A model generated the notes under the pieces. It saw only the letters and a program-made list of their open reading frames with translations. It ran no database searches and was not told where the DNA came from. A stretch of 64,000 nt of DNA from Takakia lepidozioides (taxonomy: Eukaryota; Plantae; Bryophyta). Numbering within the stretch: position 1 is the first letter of the stretch; each line of letters opens with the position of its first letter. The position numbers and the translations under genes are program-made. Shown here piece after piece: positions 12,701 to 26,900 of the stretch. The stretch is from assembly GCA_030704615.1 (NCBI GenBank), contig CM060733.1:41540001-41604000 (forward strand), given 5' to 3'.

Positions 12701-15200
12701 GCTGCCAGGAGCCCCGATGATTGATCTATCAGTTCCGTTATACTTTGAGAGGCTTTCCTGAGTCTGGCTTTGTCGAAAAAGTATTTTGACATTTTTTCAC
12801 CTTTGGAGGACTAGTTGATCCCAGCTTGTAACTTCCACTTGCGTTCTTGGATTTTGAAATGGATGTCTAAGTTGCATCTGGCCTCCAGGTAAGTGCGGTA
12901 GGTATCCTCATCACATCGAGTGGATTCAAGTCTAGATTGACAGACCTTCAGGCATTTGGTCAAAGCCACCACTTTCCTTTTGCGAACCACTGCCAGAGCG
13001 TGACTCATTTTTTGGCTTTCAATATTGGCTGCTTTTAGTTTAGCCAGGAATCTATCTGTGGGGTTTTGCGTATCTGCACTGGCCAAGGTCCAGGCCTGAA
13101 TGAGACCATTCTTGAAAGAAGGTAATTTCAGCAGCAGGTTGTTAATTTTGTAGAGGCCCCTACCCCTGCGTTGCGAATCCTGAATGGAAATATCAACAGA
13201 GATTGGGGCATGATCAAACCCTAGCGGAATTGGGTCTTGGGGCATTCGTTTGGAGCTTTGAACCAGATTCAATGACACATAAGCTCTATCCAATCTAGCC
13301 ATGCATAGATCAGAGAGGGCTCTGTTATTTGTCCATGTAAAGGATATTGGTGAGGTTTGACCGGTGATTGGAAGTGTTTCTGCCAGACTATGTGTTTGAG
13401 CACAAGAGAACCAGTGATCCATCTCCTCAGAGTTGGGGTTAAATGAGCCCACACCACGCCTGTCATCCTGGGATTCGACCATGTTGAAATCTCCTGCGAT
13501 TATCCAGCTGGTAACTGAATGCTGCTCCCGCATCTTGGTGTCTAATGTCAGCCAGAAGCTCTATCGATGAATTTGGCGCGTAGATGTTAACCAATCCTAT
13601 TGTTCCCTGGTTATTGGGTAGGGCAATTGAGCAGAATTGAAGCCTTTCCGAAAGCCAGATGGCTTCATTGGAAAGCAAGGGGTGCAGGGAGGGAGCTAGC
13701 AGAATGGCTGTCCCCCCTCTTGATCCTACTGAGGTGGGTTTCCATAACGCTGAAGCCATAGCCATAAGTGATCATTGAGCATGTCTATTTTTAATTGGTC
13801 CAGTTTGTGTTCTTGAAGGAGGATGATGGCATCCTCCCGCAGAAATGGAACTAGCAGGATTTGATTTTAACCCTTTTCAGCGATGCAGGATCTGCTCCAA
13901 GCCGGCGAATGTTCCAAGAATGCAGCCTAAGTTCCATCAGGAAGGTATGTCAGGCTTTGACAAGGAGTCACATTTGATGGCCCAGGGTGGAGAAAGGAGA
14001 ATTTGACTCTTTTGTCTCTTGGACGAAGATAGTTTATCCAGACCATATTGTCTGGGGGTTTAGGCAATTTTTTGGCAAGTTGGATGAGGATCCCTCTGTG
14101 GGAGCTAGATGTGGGAGATACTGGCGATATTTGGAATTGATCGGCTGAGACTGTAGAAATGGTCACTGTCTGAATAATGATATCATTTGGAAAGAAGTCA
14201 GCGTTTAACAAGGAGTCTAGAGAAGGGTGCCACTTAGAGAGAGAACCGTCTGAGGGTTAAGTGCCAGAGGGTATAAAATCCGGCAGATCGAAAGCAGGCC
14301 TAATCTGTTTCCCTGATTGCTTCTTGATTTTGCCACATAACATCCAGCTCTGCTAGGGTTTTTCAACTGAATTTGAAAAAGAAAACAAGGAGAAGGAGAG
14401 GAGGGGACCTGATTTGATGAGAGGGGTGGGATAGGTGGGACAACCAGTGATGGTGAGTTCTCCAGGGGCGGTGGTTGACTGGTGTTTATGACTGTTGGAG
14501 GAGAGATGTGCAAAGCATTGACGGTGGTTGCCAAATCCTCCCTTCCTCCAACTACTACTATTGATGAAGAAGCCCCGGGTTCGTCTGAAGAGGTCGATGA
14601 TGCCTCTTGGACCGCAACACCATTAAGATAGTCTCTTGTTCTTTGAATCTCCATCCGGTGATTCTCCTCGTCCATTTCCATATCCAGAAGAGCTCCCAAC
14701 AACTGGAATCCGCTAAACAAAGTGTCTCGATTCCTGATTTGAAGTCTGTGTGATCCCCCTGGGCTTTCCAGCTGTTCTTCATAAGTCCACATAGCTCCTA
14801 TGGGAGGTGGTGTGTGGTAAATCTCTGCCTCCTCTATGAGGGCAAGAACTTGCGTGGAAGTTTGCAACTGAGTCCTGGATGGTCTTCCAGGTATGCCCCC
14901 CACGAAATTTTGGTTGTTGAGTTCAAGAGATAATGTGGTAAGACCGACTGGAAGAACTCCCGGATTTTGAGCTTGAACAGTGACTCTGGATTGTTGTCTG
15001 GTGAACATGTTTGGAGAAAGTGTTTGACATCCGCAGCTGTGATCTATAACGATGCCACACACTCGCAGTCATCTGATGTAATGAGAATTCCTGGTGGTTT
15101 TCCTCTTCTGAAGATAAGGGGAGTAACACATGAAGCTTTGGGGGCTTCCCAAATTTCAAGTGCCGAGCATCCTTTGAGGTCTTGAACTTCAAAATGGCAT
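9800..15200 (-). mobile_element. L1-clade LINE, near full length, with frameshifts and stops: ORF1 remnant (~14200-15200) and ORF2 with APE endonuclease, RT and zf-RVT
   Basis: Endonuclease motifs SWNIRRLG (~13920), LLQEH, NIYAPN, WIIAGDFN, ARLDRAYVS, DHAPI. RT motifs KSPGIDG, YRPITLLN, QTGFIKGR, LDFENAFDRV, VRQGCPLSP, degenerate xDD at ~11800, SGFKVNWNKT. C-terminal C..C...ETLEH...C. Confidence 0.93.
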
Positions 15201-15289
15201 CTTGTTTTTCCATATTATTTAAAGTTATTCACATGCCCAAGGTTGTTTTGTTTACGATGGATATTGGCGTTTTGATTATATATTTTTTG

Positions 15290-17800
15290 ACATCCTATGA
15301 CATACACTAAGTCTGTTTTCAAGCCCAAGTGGTGAATTTGATTTGTAGCCTGTTCTGCTACCTCCCCCTCGCCATGAATTCTGCAAGAACCAGCAAATCC
15401 CCCCACTGAAGCATCTAGTTTGATTGGCATTTTGTTAATGAGGTCCTCTGCCTTGTCCAATTTCCCTGCACGGCCAAAAAGGTCTACCATGCAGCCAAAA
15501 TGTTCCATTGTAGGTGTGAGATCATGTTCTTCGACGGAATCAAAGCAGAACACAGCCTATTTACTAGGCCCGCATGGCTGCATGCAGACAGGATGGAAAC
15601 AAAAGTGAGCAGACTGATGAACGTAACCTTGTCAGCCATCACTTAGTCCCTTTGCATTTGCTCATAGATTTTGAGGGCCTCTTCACCATGACCACACTAA
15701 GCATATCCTGCGACATTGTACTCCATGACACCACTATCATGATTATCCATTTTGTCAAACACTTAACGTGCCTCTTTCACACTCCCGCATTTAGCATACA
15801 TATGGACTAGGGTAGTCTCCAAATTAATATGTGACATAATTCCAGCTTACTTGATGTCAGCATGGATCTGCTTCCCTTTTTCCAGTGCTCTAAGCTAGCA
15901 CAGGAATCGAGAATGGTAATATATGTGACTCTGTCAGGTATCACCCCTTCATGTTGCATTTGCTCATAGATTTTGAGAGTCTCTTCGCCATGTCCAAGCT
16001 GAGCATACCCTGTGATCACGGCACTCCATGAGACCACATCGTGCTTAGACATTCTGCCAAAAACTTCATGCGCATCCTTCACACTCCCGCAACTGGCATA
16101 CATGTGGACAAGAGCGGTGTCAAAATATTTTCTGACTGAATTCCAGTTTTGATGATATCAGCATGGATTCCCCTGCCACTTTTCAGGGCTCAAACTCTAT
16201 AACTAGGTACTCGGTCACCACAGATTTGAGCTTACACACAGTGGGAGAACACAAACCTATTGCTTCTTGACACGGATGGTGCCCCATCATACCCAACATC
16301 ACCCACATGCCCTGCAATAGCACAATGACTGCCGCAAAGAAGGAAGATAAATGTCAATCCAAACTGCCACATTGGCTAGAAATTGTCTGCAAAAAACAAC
16401 GTGGATGAGTCTCTCTTGTGATGCATGCAATTTCAAGAAGATGCCATTCGCAGTTGACATGCAAGTGTCCACGAGAGGATTTAGGGTAGGAGTTGCACCT
16501 GCATACTCCTGGAGGAAATCCATTGTGGATGGTGACAAAGCAGCGTTCAGATTCCACCATGCACGGTCAAAAAGGTCCACCAAGCAGCCATAATGTTCCA
16601 CAGTAGCATGGAGCCCATGATCTCGACTCATGGAATCAAAATAATGCTGGCCTTCATCCAGTAGGCCCCTGATTACATGCCAATAGAAGACATTCAAAGG
16701 TGATACCATTCACCCTTCCTGTTGCATGTGTTCAAATACATGGAGAGCCTCCCTACCATACCCATGCTGGATATCCGTGTCAATATCCCAGCTTTGGTGA
16801 TGGCAGCATGGATCTCTATGCCCTTTTCCAGGGCGGCAAGACTGGCGCACATATTGAGAATGCAAATCAACACAACACAACTTTGTTGGGCTTGACACAT
16901 TCCTTATCATTTGCTCACAGATGTCTATAGCCTCTTTATTACACCCATGCTGAGCATATCCTGTTAACATTGCACTCCATGAGACAGCATCGTGTTGAGC
17001 CATACTGTCAAACACTTGACCCGAATCCTTTAGGCTGCCACACTTCGCATGCATGTCTCCACAAGGGCATTCTCGAGAATGAAATCTGGTATAATCCCAG
17101 TTTTGATGATGTCAGCATGTACCTTTTGCCCTTTTCCAGGGTTCCCAGGCTGGCATATGCATTGACAAGGCCATTGAACGTGACCATGTCAGGCATCACC
17201 CCTTTCGCTTGCATTTGCTCATATAGTTGGAGGGCCTCCCACCCACACCCATGCTCAGCATATCCTGCCATCATTTGCTCAGAGGTCTCCAAAGCCTCCA
17301 TCCCGTGCCCCTGCCGTGCATACCTGCAAGCATCGCGTTCCACGACATCATATCTCGTTCAGCCAGAGTGTTGAAAACTCCCTTCGCATCCTTAATGCAC
17401 CCACATTTGGCAAACATGTCCACCAGGGCAGTGTTCAGGATGACATCTGGTACAATTCCAGCTTCGACGATGTCACCATGGACCTCTTTCCCCTTTTCCA
17501 GAGCTCCCAGGCTTGCACACGCATTGCAAACATAAGCAAACATGATGTGGATACATGTTGACAAGGGTGTTGGGTAGAAAAACATTTGGCGTGAATCCAC
17601 TTTGGATAATGTGAGTGTGCACCTGCTTTCCAGCTTCCAGACCTTCCATCTTGATGCACTTAACATACATATCTGAATCTGCTGGAATGCCTACTTGGTT
17701 TAGAGTCTGTAGAGCCTCTGTCAGTCTGCCTGCCGCACAAAGTATCTTCACATGCCCAGAAGTGTCGTCTCTGCGAACTTCCGTTACAGCCGACACACAG
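15290..17800 (-). pseudogene. PLS-class PPR (RNA-editing factor type) pseudogene with E-domain remnants and no DYW domain visible
   Basis: Repeated motifs LVDMFAKCGCIKDAKGVF, DVVSWSAVITGYAQLGHGEETL, ACASLGALEKGKEVH and EHFGCMVDLFGRAGKLDKAEDLI are split across many frames. Confidence 0.9.
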
Positions 17801-19549
17801 AAATGACGACGATGACGTGGCTGACGATGATGACGTGGTTATGATGACGTGGAACTATGGCACCCTATATCTGCTCTACGCCAAACTAGCTCTCGACCCT
17901 TTGGTGGTCGCTAGAATAAAGTTATCCGCTTGAAGTGATCCAGACTTTTGGACATCAGATTCTTGTTTAATCCACAATCTGAGTGAAAACTGGGGACGGG
18001 TAAGCGAAACTCTGTACCAGTCGTGCCAGGATATTCTCTCGTCTCGCACAGCCCGAACTTCATCACCCGTGTAGCTTGGCAAAACCAAAACTGGGTACGA
18101 AACTGCCCTGACCCCAGTTTTGGTGAAGAATGAGTTTCATCTCCACTTTTTCCTCTTTGTATTTGTTTGATCTCCACTTTTGCAACCCCTCCTCTAGTTT
18201 GGCCAAACTAGGGATACTCATCCCCATTTTGTGGGACTTTACGGATAACTTTAATATCTTGGAAGAAAGGTCTAGGGTCTGGTCTCCGGCGTACCTTGTG
18301 AAAGGCTAAACCACCCAAGGCTGGGTTGTTGCCTAGTTGTAGTTCCACATCAGCCTGGCATACCACACGATTGGCAGCTCTTTACATAGTTGATCCCCAT
18401 GCTGGCAGCCACGCAGGATTCTGTAGCCGATGTTTTAATGTTAGCCGATCAATGAGCTACATGTCCATTTTTCCACCAAATGCAGCCGGTCGTGTCTAAA
18501 AGCTCTTAAGGCCGAGTTTAGACACAAGCAATGAAATGAGTGGCCAAAATTGCTTTGACAGTTTCAGGCACTCGTTGGGATGACATGAGAGGCTGAAACG
18601 AAATGCGTGTAAAGGCTTTACTCCAAAGATCCTTCCTCTATTTTTGGCAGCCCTCCACAAACTCCATCGCGGACTCCATCTCCATCGCAGGTGAAAAAGT
18701 AAGCGCTTGGCAAAACAGCAAAACCTCTTGGCCACTCGACCATGTCGGGATGAGCTAAAACGCGGTTCTCAATTTTGGCACACATGCATCCCGCAGTGCC
18801 ACATAATCCGCGACTTCTTCATTGAGAGGCCGAGTCTAAATCCTCCCCTGGCCTAAACCTGAAATTTCATCTAATCATGGACCACCACCACATTTTGGTC
18901 TCTGGTTTCGGCTGTCTAACAACCCAAACTCGGCCTAACTCTGAGGGGTTGAGAAGATTTATCATGTCTCATGTTTCACATGTTCCACACGTTTTTTAAT
19001 ATATTGGGCGATCGAAATGAGTGCATGCTTCATGCACGACCTCGCCCTCCACGACCTTAGCGCTTTTGCCTGACTGCTTCAAAATTCAGGTGTACATAGA
19101 TTTTGGAGTCCCGATTAGTGCGGTGCGTCCAGTTGGTATGTCTATCTTCTAGATCCAGCAATAACACCTCGTTTTCCAAATGTGCCACGGAGATAAAAGC
19201 CACATGCGTCCCCTCTACAATACATGTGACCCCAAATAGGTGCATTAATAATTTCTCGCAAGCCCAGATCATCGGTAGAAATGAGTGTACTACGACAGTT
19301 GTCGTGCGCATATGTATCGCTACACAACTACATCGTTGTCTATACCACACAACACATAGATAATACCCATAAAAAGTCCATCATACTGATAAATAACTAA
19401 AAACCATCACTCGCACACAGAGTCGAGCCAAGTGCACCCCACCATGGGGAATCCACACCTAGCGCCATAGCCATCGCGCGAGAGGCTCAACTCGAGAGAG
19501 ATGAGCCTCTCCACGATTGTCGTGAGGATAAGCATCCTCACGTGCCAAA

Positions 19550-22500
19550 ACATGTTAACACATCATTTTGGCACTTGACCTGCATGGACTAGGACTAGTC
19601 ATCTTCATCCTCAGTGGAGGACTCAGAGCTATCCAATGAGCCTGATGACTCTGCGCCCTTTGCCAGAGCACCTAAAAGAGGCGGCGTTCCCCTAAGTCCC
19701 ACAAAGCTCTTATCCAATCCCTGGCCATGACCCCCGACCTCGTCCATACTAGTGCCATGTAGTGCACTCATCCCCTCCGTGTTGGCCATGTTCTTCATGA
19801 GGGATTGTCAACCATGCTCCTTGGCGTAATTGTACTCTACCGGAGATGACTTCCTCTCAAACGTGCGTTGCTACACATGCCACAAATTAAGTCAGTTCTT
19901 CACGATGATGGAGCCAGAAAGAAGACATAACAAAATTCATAGGGAAGTACGACTTACAAATCGCAAGATAAAACCCTTGGATCCGCCGGCGCCCCACTTA
20001 TGTGTGGATTCGTGCTTGTCAAGGTGGACTGTTGTTGCTCCGCGTGCCCGCTCAAATTTGGCATTGTTTGCCGCATCATTCTCTCCAACAATGAGTGCAT
20101 CCCACGATACCTATGCACCCCACCCCACCCCACCCCACCTCCCAACAATTAGTGAATTACACACATACGTTGCATCGAATCCACCTCATTAATGCACATG
20201 CAACAAATGGAAGGTAAAATGATTCAGGATTTACTAACCTGTGTAATTCCATAAGGTGGTTTGGATATGGCCCCCTTTTCCATTGCCCTCCGAATGATCT
20301 GTCTGGCTCGGTATCTCCTGTCCTTCAAGTTTCGCCCCACCATCTCCATTACCCTTGTGTCACTCCAATTGCCCGGAAACCGGCGGTCTAACTCACGAGC
20401 ATACGCCCGCTTCGTGCCAAAGTGTTGATCAGCCCATTCAATGTGCAAAGGGAATCACCTCATTACGAGTTCGAGGGCTAATCGAAAGAGTGACTACTGC
20501 AAGTTTAATGCAAGAAATGGAGGTGGACAATGAGATTGGTGAAGAGTTTGACAAAGACAGCAACAGAGAAGGGGAAGAAGAGCTTCTTCATAGCCTCCCA
20601 GAACGCACCGCAGGGGTCACCATGACGATTCACCTCCACCGGTGGCACCACGATCTTTGCCAACTCCACGTCTTGTATTGCCAAGGCCATGTTCTTCTTC
20701 CCACCCTCTCCCTTCTTTGTAGCCTCCTTCCCCTGCTCATTTGTTATCCCACTGCCCTCCCCCGCATGCATTCTCACCCCTTCCTCTCCATGGGACGACT
20801 TCTTTTTCTTCTTCTTCTTTTCCTTCCCCTTCTCCACGACCATCTCCTTCCACTTTCAGGCAGTTGCAGGGTTGAGTGGACCAAAAACAGCAGATCCTGC
20901 TCCATGAAAGTCCATGACCAAAAAACAAAAAATTGATGATATTATCCAAAATATTTTCTTAGTGATAAATAATGGTATACTGAACATATTTAGTAAAGAG
21001 TCCTACCCCAAGTATTAAAGATATAATTCATTAAACATTTTAATCTATTATTTAGAGAAATTATGAAAAATTAAAAATTAGAGTTTACAAAAAAAAATCA
21101 ATAAGCCATCAGGCCATTAAAGATTATAGGTTTTTATATTTCTAGAAAACAATGATACCCAAAATCCAAAAAACAAGGTGAACTATAGGATTTTCAAAAA
21201 AACGCCTATTTTTTTACATATATTAGTCCATATGAGTCAAATGACAAATGATTTTGCCACTTCAAATCCATACCTATGATGTGGACCAAAATGGCCACCT
21301 TAAGTCCAAATTTCAATGGAATTCACCAATGGCACATAGGAGAACTTGAGTCCATTGTAATTCCATTTACAGCGGTAACAGTCCACAATGACAGTGTTCA
21401 AAAGTCCATAGCAGAGTCATTTGCTATGGGTGCGTATTGAAGCTAGGAATCCAATGACATATATATTTGCTGATTTTAATGAGTTAATTCAAATTCAATT
21501 GATGACACCATTAATTGCAATCATCTAAAACTGTGCCGGTAATGTCCATTTTGGTCCAGTCAACCCTGCATTCACCCTTCCCCACTACTTCCTCTCTCTC
21601 CTTCTCCCTCTCCCTTCTCTCTCTCTCCTCGGCAGCCCCTTCATTGATGGTAAAAGGGATCTCGGGAGGTCGAGGTCTCTCTTCTTACTTTTGGTGTTCA
21701 GGTCCTTCATGAACACCACGTGCTCTCCCTTACTGTCACCCTTCCCCACTACTTCCTCTCTCTCCTTCTCCCTCTCCCTTCTCTCTCTCTCCTCGGCAGC
21801 CCCTTCATTGATGGTAAAAGGGATCTCGGGAGGTCGAGGTCTCTCTTCTTACCTTTGGTGTTCAGGTCCTTCATGAACACCACGTGCTCTCCCTTACTGG
21901 CAACCCCACCGGACTGCACAAATAAGGCGCCATGTTGCTGCCTTCTGAAGCCAAATAACCCCTCCAAATTCAAAAAAAGAAACAAACAACAAAGAAAATC
22001 ATGCATGCAAAAGAAATGATAAAACATGGAACAAGGTGCGATAATTGTACTTTTGCAAGCTTGTCCGACTCGCCTCCGGTGTCACCCGATATGACAGGAG
22101 TCCCCGTTGCCGGATGTGCCCGCGCTATCCCCTCCCGGAGCGCCACTAGAAGTAGATTCCAGATGTGGAGCATAGCCGGCGACGGCGCCCCATAGTCCAG
22201 GCCCTTCTTTGCTGACCGCTCAGGCTAAGAGGGCGGCGTCGCTGATCGGCTAGGCCGCTCCAAACCGGCCCATACCTCCTTCCTCCCCCCCCAATGCGTA
22301 GCAGGGTAGAAACCCTCACCCGACTTGACTACTTCGAGGCACTTCGCTATCTCGGCCACTTCATTGGCCATCCTCGTCTCCTCCTCCCTCATCGACAACA
22401 TTAGGCTAGCAACGACCACTTTCAAAGGCCATTGAACCTGACGTTGGGCCTTGGCAAGTGCAGCCTTTGCTGCGGAGGAAGGGATCACTATGGGGGTGAC

Positions 22501-22650
22501 ATCCAAAAGTTGTCCATACCAGGCCCCCGAACGGGTGATGTGTTTGTCAAGGTACATTTCACCCGTCTTGGCGGCCAGGGGTGCTCAACTGAGCATCCGG
22601 CTCAACAACAACCTCCCGAATATGAGAGCTGGCTGAGCCGGCCCTTGACG
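19550..22650 (-). mobile_element. Putative CACTA/En-Spm TnpA-like (Ptta/Tnp1) accessory gene remnants
   Basis: Fragments VEVNRHGDPCG...IEWADQH...LKDRRYRARQ and PIVIP...VQWPLKVV resemble Ptta/En/Spm and Tnp1-type domains. Lys/Glu low-complexity stretches are present. No terminal inverted repeats were identified. Confidence 0.35.
21572..21899. repeat. Tandem duplication, 2 x 164 bp
   Basis: The unit beginning tcacccttccccactacttcc occurs at 21572 and 21736 and is nearly identical. Confidence 0.95.
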
Positions 22651-22911
22651 CATCCAAGATGTGGACAAGAGGGGAGTGTCGAGAAGCCCAGAAATCAGCG
22701 GCAACGGATAACGATTCTTAATACAACCAAGCATGAAAAAAAAAAAAAAAATGTGGGGGGGGGGGAGTGACTGAGCATCACGGGCTCAATCACACACAAC
22801 CCCCCCCCTCCACCTACTTTTTTTTTTTTTTTGTTTCCTGACCTATCTCTCTCTCTCTCTTGCTACTCACAAAAATAAACAAACCACAAGGGAGAGAGGG
22901 TGCAGAAAAAG

Positions 22912-23472
22912 TGAGACCTACTTGCGAATATGAGGTGTGAAAATAATTTAAAAACATTCGAAAAACTTTTGTTGTGTCAGGGATTGATCCTAAAATCTCC
23001 AAGGAGTGAATTTGGAGGAAAAACAAAGAAATTATTGGATTCCTGGAAATTAAAAGGTGCCAGAACAGAACATTAAAGTGACCAATGAGAAGGAAGGAAC
23101 CATTGGTATCTAAGAAATAAAGCGTTGTCCCTTGAAAGCAAATGATGAAAAAGAAAAATGAGAAGAGGACAAGAAGGCAAGAAAGAGAGAGATGACTGAA
23201 GGACATGGAGCGGAGTAGGAATCAAGGAAGAAGACCAGATGAGGGGTGGTAGTATGAGAAACTATGATCCAAGACTATGAAGAAGGCTATAAAAGTAGAT
23301 TGAAAATCCCATTGTGGAAAATTGCCTAGACGATGTACACATTTAAATATAAATAAATAAAATATTTATCAAGCTATCTATTGAGTTATTGATAACATAG
23401 TCATTTCACTTGTCCAAGGATCCGTAAGCCGGACATGGAAAGGTGGGTATCGGATCCATGGTGGCCAAATTC
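22912..23472 (+). repeat. 5' LTR or LTR part (probably 3'-truncated) of the first Gypsy
   Basis: About 560 bp highly similar to 30651-31205. It starts with TG, but the shared sequence ends at ggccaaattc with no CA end and no PBS. Confidence 0.75.
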
Positions 23473-23858
23473 ATCCAAGCCATGCATCAATTGGTGTGGT
23501 TTTAATTGATCCGTTCGGTCTAATATATAAGCAATTAGCTGAGTATATTGGTTTCCCAATTTCTAATAATGTGGCAGAATATAAAGCTCTCATAAGGGGT
23601 TTGGAGGAAACGAAGCTTCATGCCATTTCTAGTGTTGAAATTAATACAGACTTTGAATTGGTCTACTGTCAAATCACTAGAGAATATAATATTTATGATA
23701 TGAAACTTTGCCAATTGAACGAAGAAGTCCAGAAGTTGTTAAAATTATTTGACTCTGTCACAATAAAATGTATTCCAAGGGAAGAAAATCACCTAGCATA
23801 CTCATTAGCAAACATAGCTTTGACTGCTAGAGTGGGGTTAGAAAGAGTGTTACATTGA
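23457..23858 (+). pseudogene. Archaeal-type (RVT_3/aRH) RNase H ORF upstream of gag; N-terminal catalytic Asp region missing or degenerate
   Basis: Translation PSHASIGVVLIDP...SNNVAEYKALIRGLE...INTDFELVYCQI...CIPREENHLAYSLAN matches the aRH motifs TNNxAEY, GDSxLV and PRExNxxADxLA. Confidence 0.88.
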
Positions 23859-23941
23859 ATTCATACAACTGAATTATTGAGCGTCATGCCCAATGCAATC
23901 TCTTTAAACCAATTCCATAATACTACATTTTATTATGACTT

Positions 23942-26900
23942 ATGTCAGAAAATCCTGGAGCTAACACTTCTGGAAATTCTAAAATTGATTTCCTTAATGA
24001 AGTTCGTTCAAGACATTTGACGCCAAGACAATTACGTGTCGAAATAAGAAGTAGATCTAGGCAGCTTGCGTTAGCACGAGAAGAAGCCGAAAGGGAACGA
24101 AGAAGGATCCTAAGAACATCTAGACAACCAGAAGATGCAGAACAACCTCAAGAATCTCTATCTCCTAGAATCCTTTGGCCTGCCTTTATTAATTTGAATA
24201 TTAATACCTCAAATGTTAGTGTCCCATCCAACCCAAATCCTAGTGTAATTAATATCTATCATGGCTGCCCAACAAGCCGCGGCAGGTTTGCCTATCGTCA
24301 TTCCAGCTAATACAGCTGCACCACCTAATATAGTAAGGGATATACCGCTATTTTATGGTTTAGTTACTGAAGATGCTGAACAACACATTCAAAAAAATTT
24401 ACATGTGTGTGCAGTCAGCCTTGTAATAGAGGATGCCCATAAAATGATGGTTTTTCATTATACTTTACGAGGGCAGGCTGACACATGGTATTATAGACAG
24501 GCTGCAGCCACATTCGCCACTTGGCCAGATTTACGCACTGCGTTCCAATTGGAATTTAATGCTGTAAAAGACCCCCAAAGTGCAATGATGGAATTATCTC
24601 AGGTTAGACAAGGTATTGATGAGACAGTCGAAAATTACGCTGATATGTTAAAAGACCTAGCAAGAAAATATGAAACAACATTGAATTTAGATCAGATGGT
24701 TTTGAAATGATTTTTTATTCAAGGGCTGAAATATGAACATCAAATTCATGTAAGGTCGGCTAATCCAGTCACTTTGACTGATGCCATTGCCAGAGCAATA
24801 TTATATGATCGTGCCATAAGAAGCCCAAGGGTAAATCCCATGGTTAATGCAATGCAACCTTCTATGGTACCTATGGGGTCCACCAATATGGTAGGATTTA
24901 ATGGAGGACAGCTCAATGGTGTTAATAATCAACAATCACAAGCATATTTGAACCCAACTCCCTTAAATGTTCTGCCACCCTCTAGACCTTTTGATTTTTT
25001 TAATCAAGCAATTACTCTAGCTCCAAAGCACAAGGAAACACATTGGGAGGGCTTCAGGGACTGGATGAATACCGTCACCGAGAATTTAAAATTTGTAAAT
25101 AAGAATATGGTTTTTATGCTTAAAACGCAAAATTTAATGGGAGGTAGGCCTGTGCAATCAAATGAGAAAAATCAGCTCATTTGTACCACATGCAATGGGA
25201 GAAATCATACTGCGCAAAATTGTAAAGCCCATGTCATATGCGGCTATTGCCATAGACCTCACCATTATGAGTCAGAATGCTTTCGTAAATAAAAGGATGA
25301 AGCGACAAGAAATACAGCTCAACCTGGTCCTATAAATCATAGAAACCAAGAAGGGTCACATCCTAACCCGCATATTCTTGTTCAAATCGTAACAAAGAAT
25401 GTTTTAACGCGGACAAAGGTGCTTCTTCTTCAGGTTTGAATTTAATTATGGTCGAAAAATCTTCATCTATACCGAAGGACGGGATTAGGTCTAAAGTAAG
25501 AAATAACACACGGGAAGTGTGGGAAGTAAGCACTCGGTCTAAAGTCAAAAACCCTGTTAAACAACCTGAGCCCGTCCCTGAGGATGAAGATGAAACTAAT
25601 GAAGAAATAAATGACTTTAGTATACCCAAGCAGTCTCCTAATGAACAAGATCAGAAAAATAATCTGGTTAAGGAAAAGAATATTGTAGAAGAACACATTC
25701 CTAAAGTCAATCGACCAAAGAGTGTCACTTTTGCTGACCAGAATCGGGAGTTCAAAAGGAAAGAAGAAGAACTTCCGATAAAGAAATACGCAAAACCTTA
25801 TAGTATATTAGAAGACTTGGCAGAAAATAAGGCCAATATTACGTTATCCCAGTTGATAACTATTTGTCCAGCTATTCAAAAAGAATTAAAATTTGGTTTA
25901 GTAAGAAAACGTAAACCAGTAAGGGTCATAAGAGCGTTGGATTCAGCCATTATAGATAGAGATTGCCCTAAGGTAAATTGTATTGTGAATGAATTGGAAG
26001 TACCTGGAGCTTTGGTTGATGCAGGGTCGGGGGTAAATGTGATGACTTTAGTAGCCATGAAGGAACTAGGGTTGAAATTGCATGGACCGTCTCCTTACTC
26101 ATTGAGAATGGCTGAGCACACTTCCGTGAAACCAGAAGGTATCATAATGAATGTAGAAATATCGGCGGCTGGTCAAATCATTAAAACCCACTTTCATGTG
26201 TTAAGAGTAGATAATCCTCGTTGTGGATATTTACTTCTTTTAGGAAGGCCGTGGCTTCGAGAGGCTTACATCATAGTACATATTCCTAGAGGCATTCTAG
26301 CCATACGCAAGGGTCCAAAAAGAGTGGTTATCCCACTAAGGAAGAAGTCTGACAACCTGGAAGTACAAACTAAAAGTTTGAAACCAGATGTTATTGAGCT
26401 AAATATAGGTATTGAGTTAAACCAATCAGACTAAGCAAAGAACTTGCAATTAATGAAGTCAACGAGTTCACAGCTTTGTGTAAGGAATTTAAAGACATTT
26501 TTGCTTGGTCATATACGGACTTAAAAAGAATACCACCAAGCATTGTGACGCATAAAATTCCTTTAATGCCAGGAGCCAAGCCTATTCGGCAACGCCAAAG
26601 GATGGTTAATCATGTGCGCTTAGAAGCCTTACAAAAAGAGGTGATGAAATTAAGGGATAATGGTTTGATTTTTGAAGTAGATAATTCAGAATGGGTCTCG
26701 TCAGTAGTAGTTGTCCCCAAGAAAACTGAGGGTTTAAGGGTTTGCGTGGATTATTCAGATTTAAATAAGGTAACCAAAAAGGATTATTATCCATTACCTT
26801 TTATTGATCAAATTTTAGACTCAGTGGCCGGGAAAGAATGTTATAGTTTTATGGACTGCTTTTCCGGGTACAACCAAATAGCTTTGAGGAGAGTGATAAA

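Noticed and set aside
22814-23206. Hydrophobic ORFs here and at 30584-30964 as membrane proteins
   Set aside because: They are antisense translations of the purine-rich LTR repeat.
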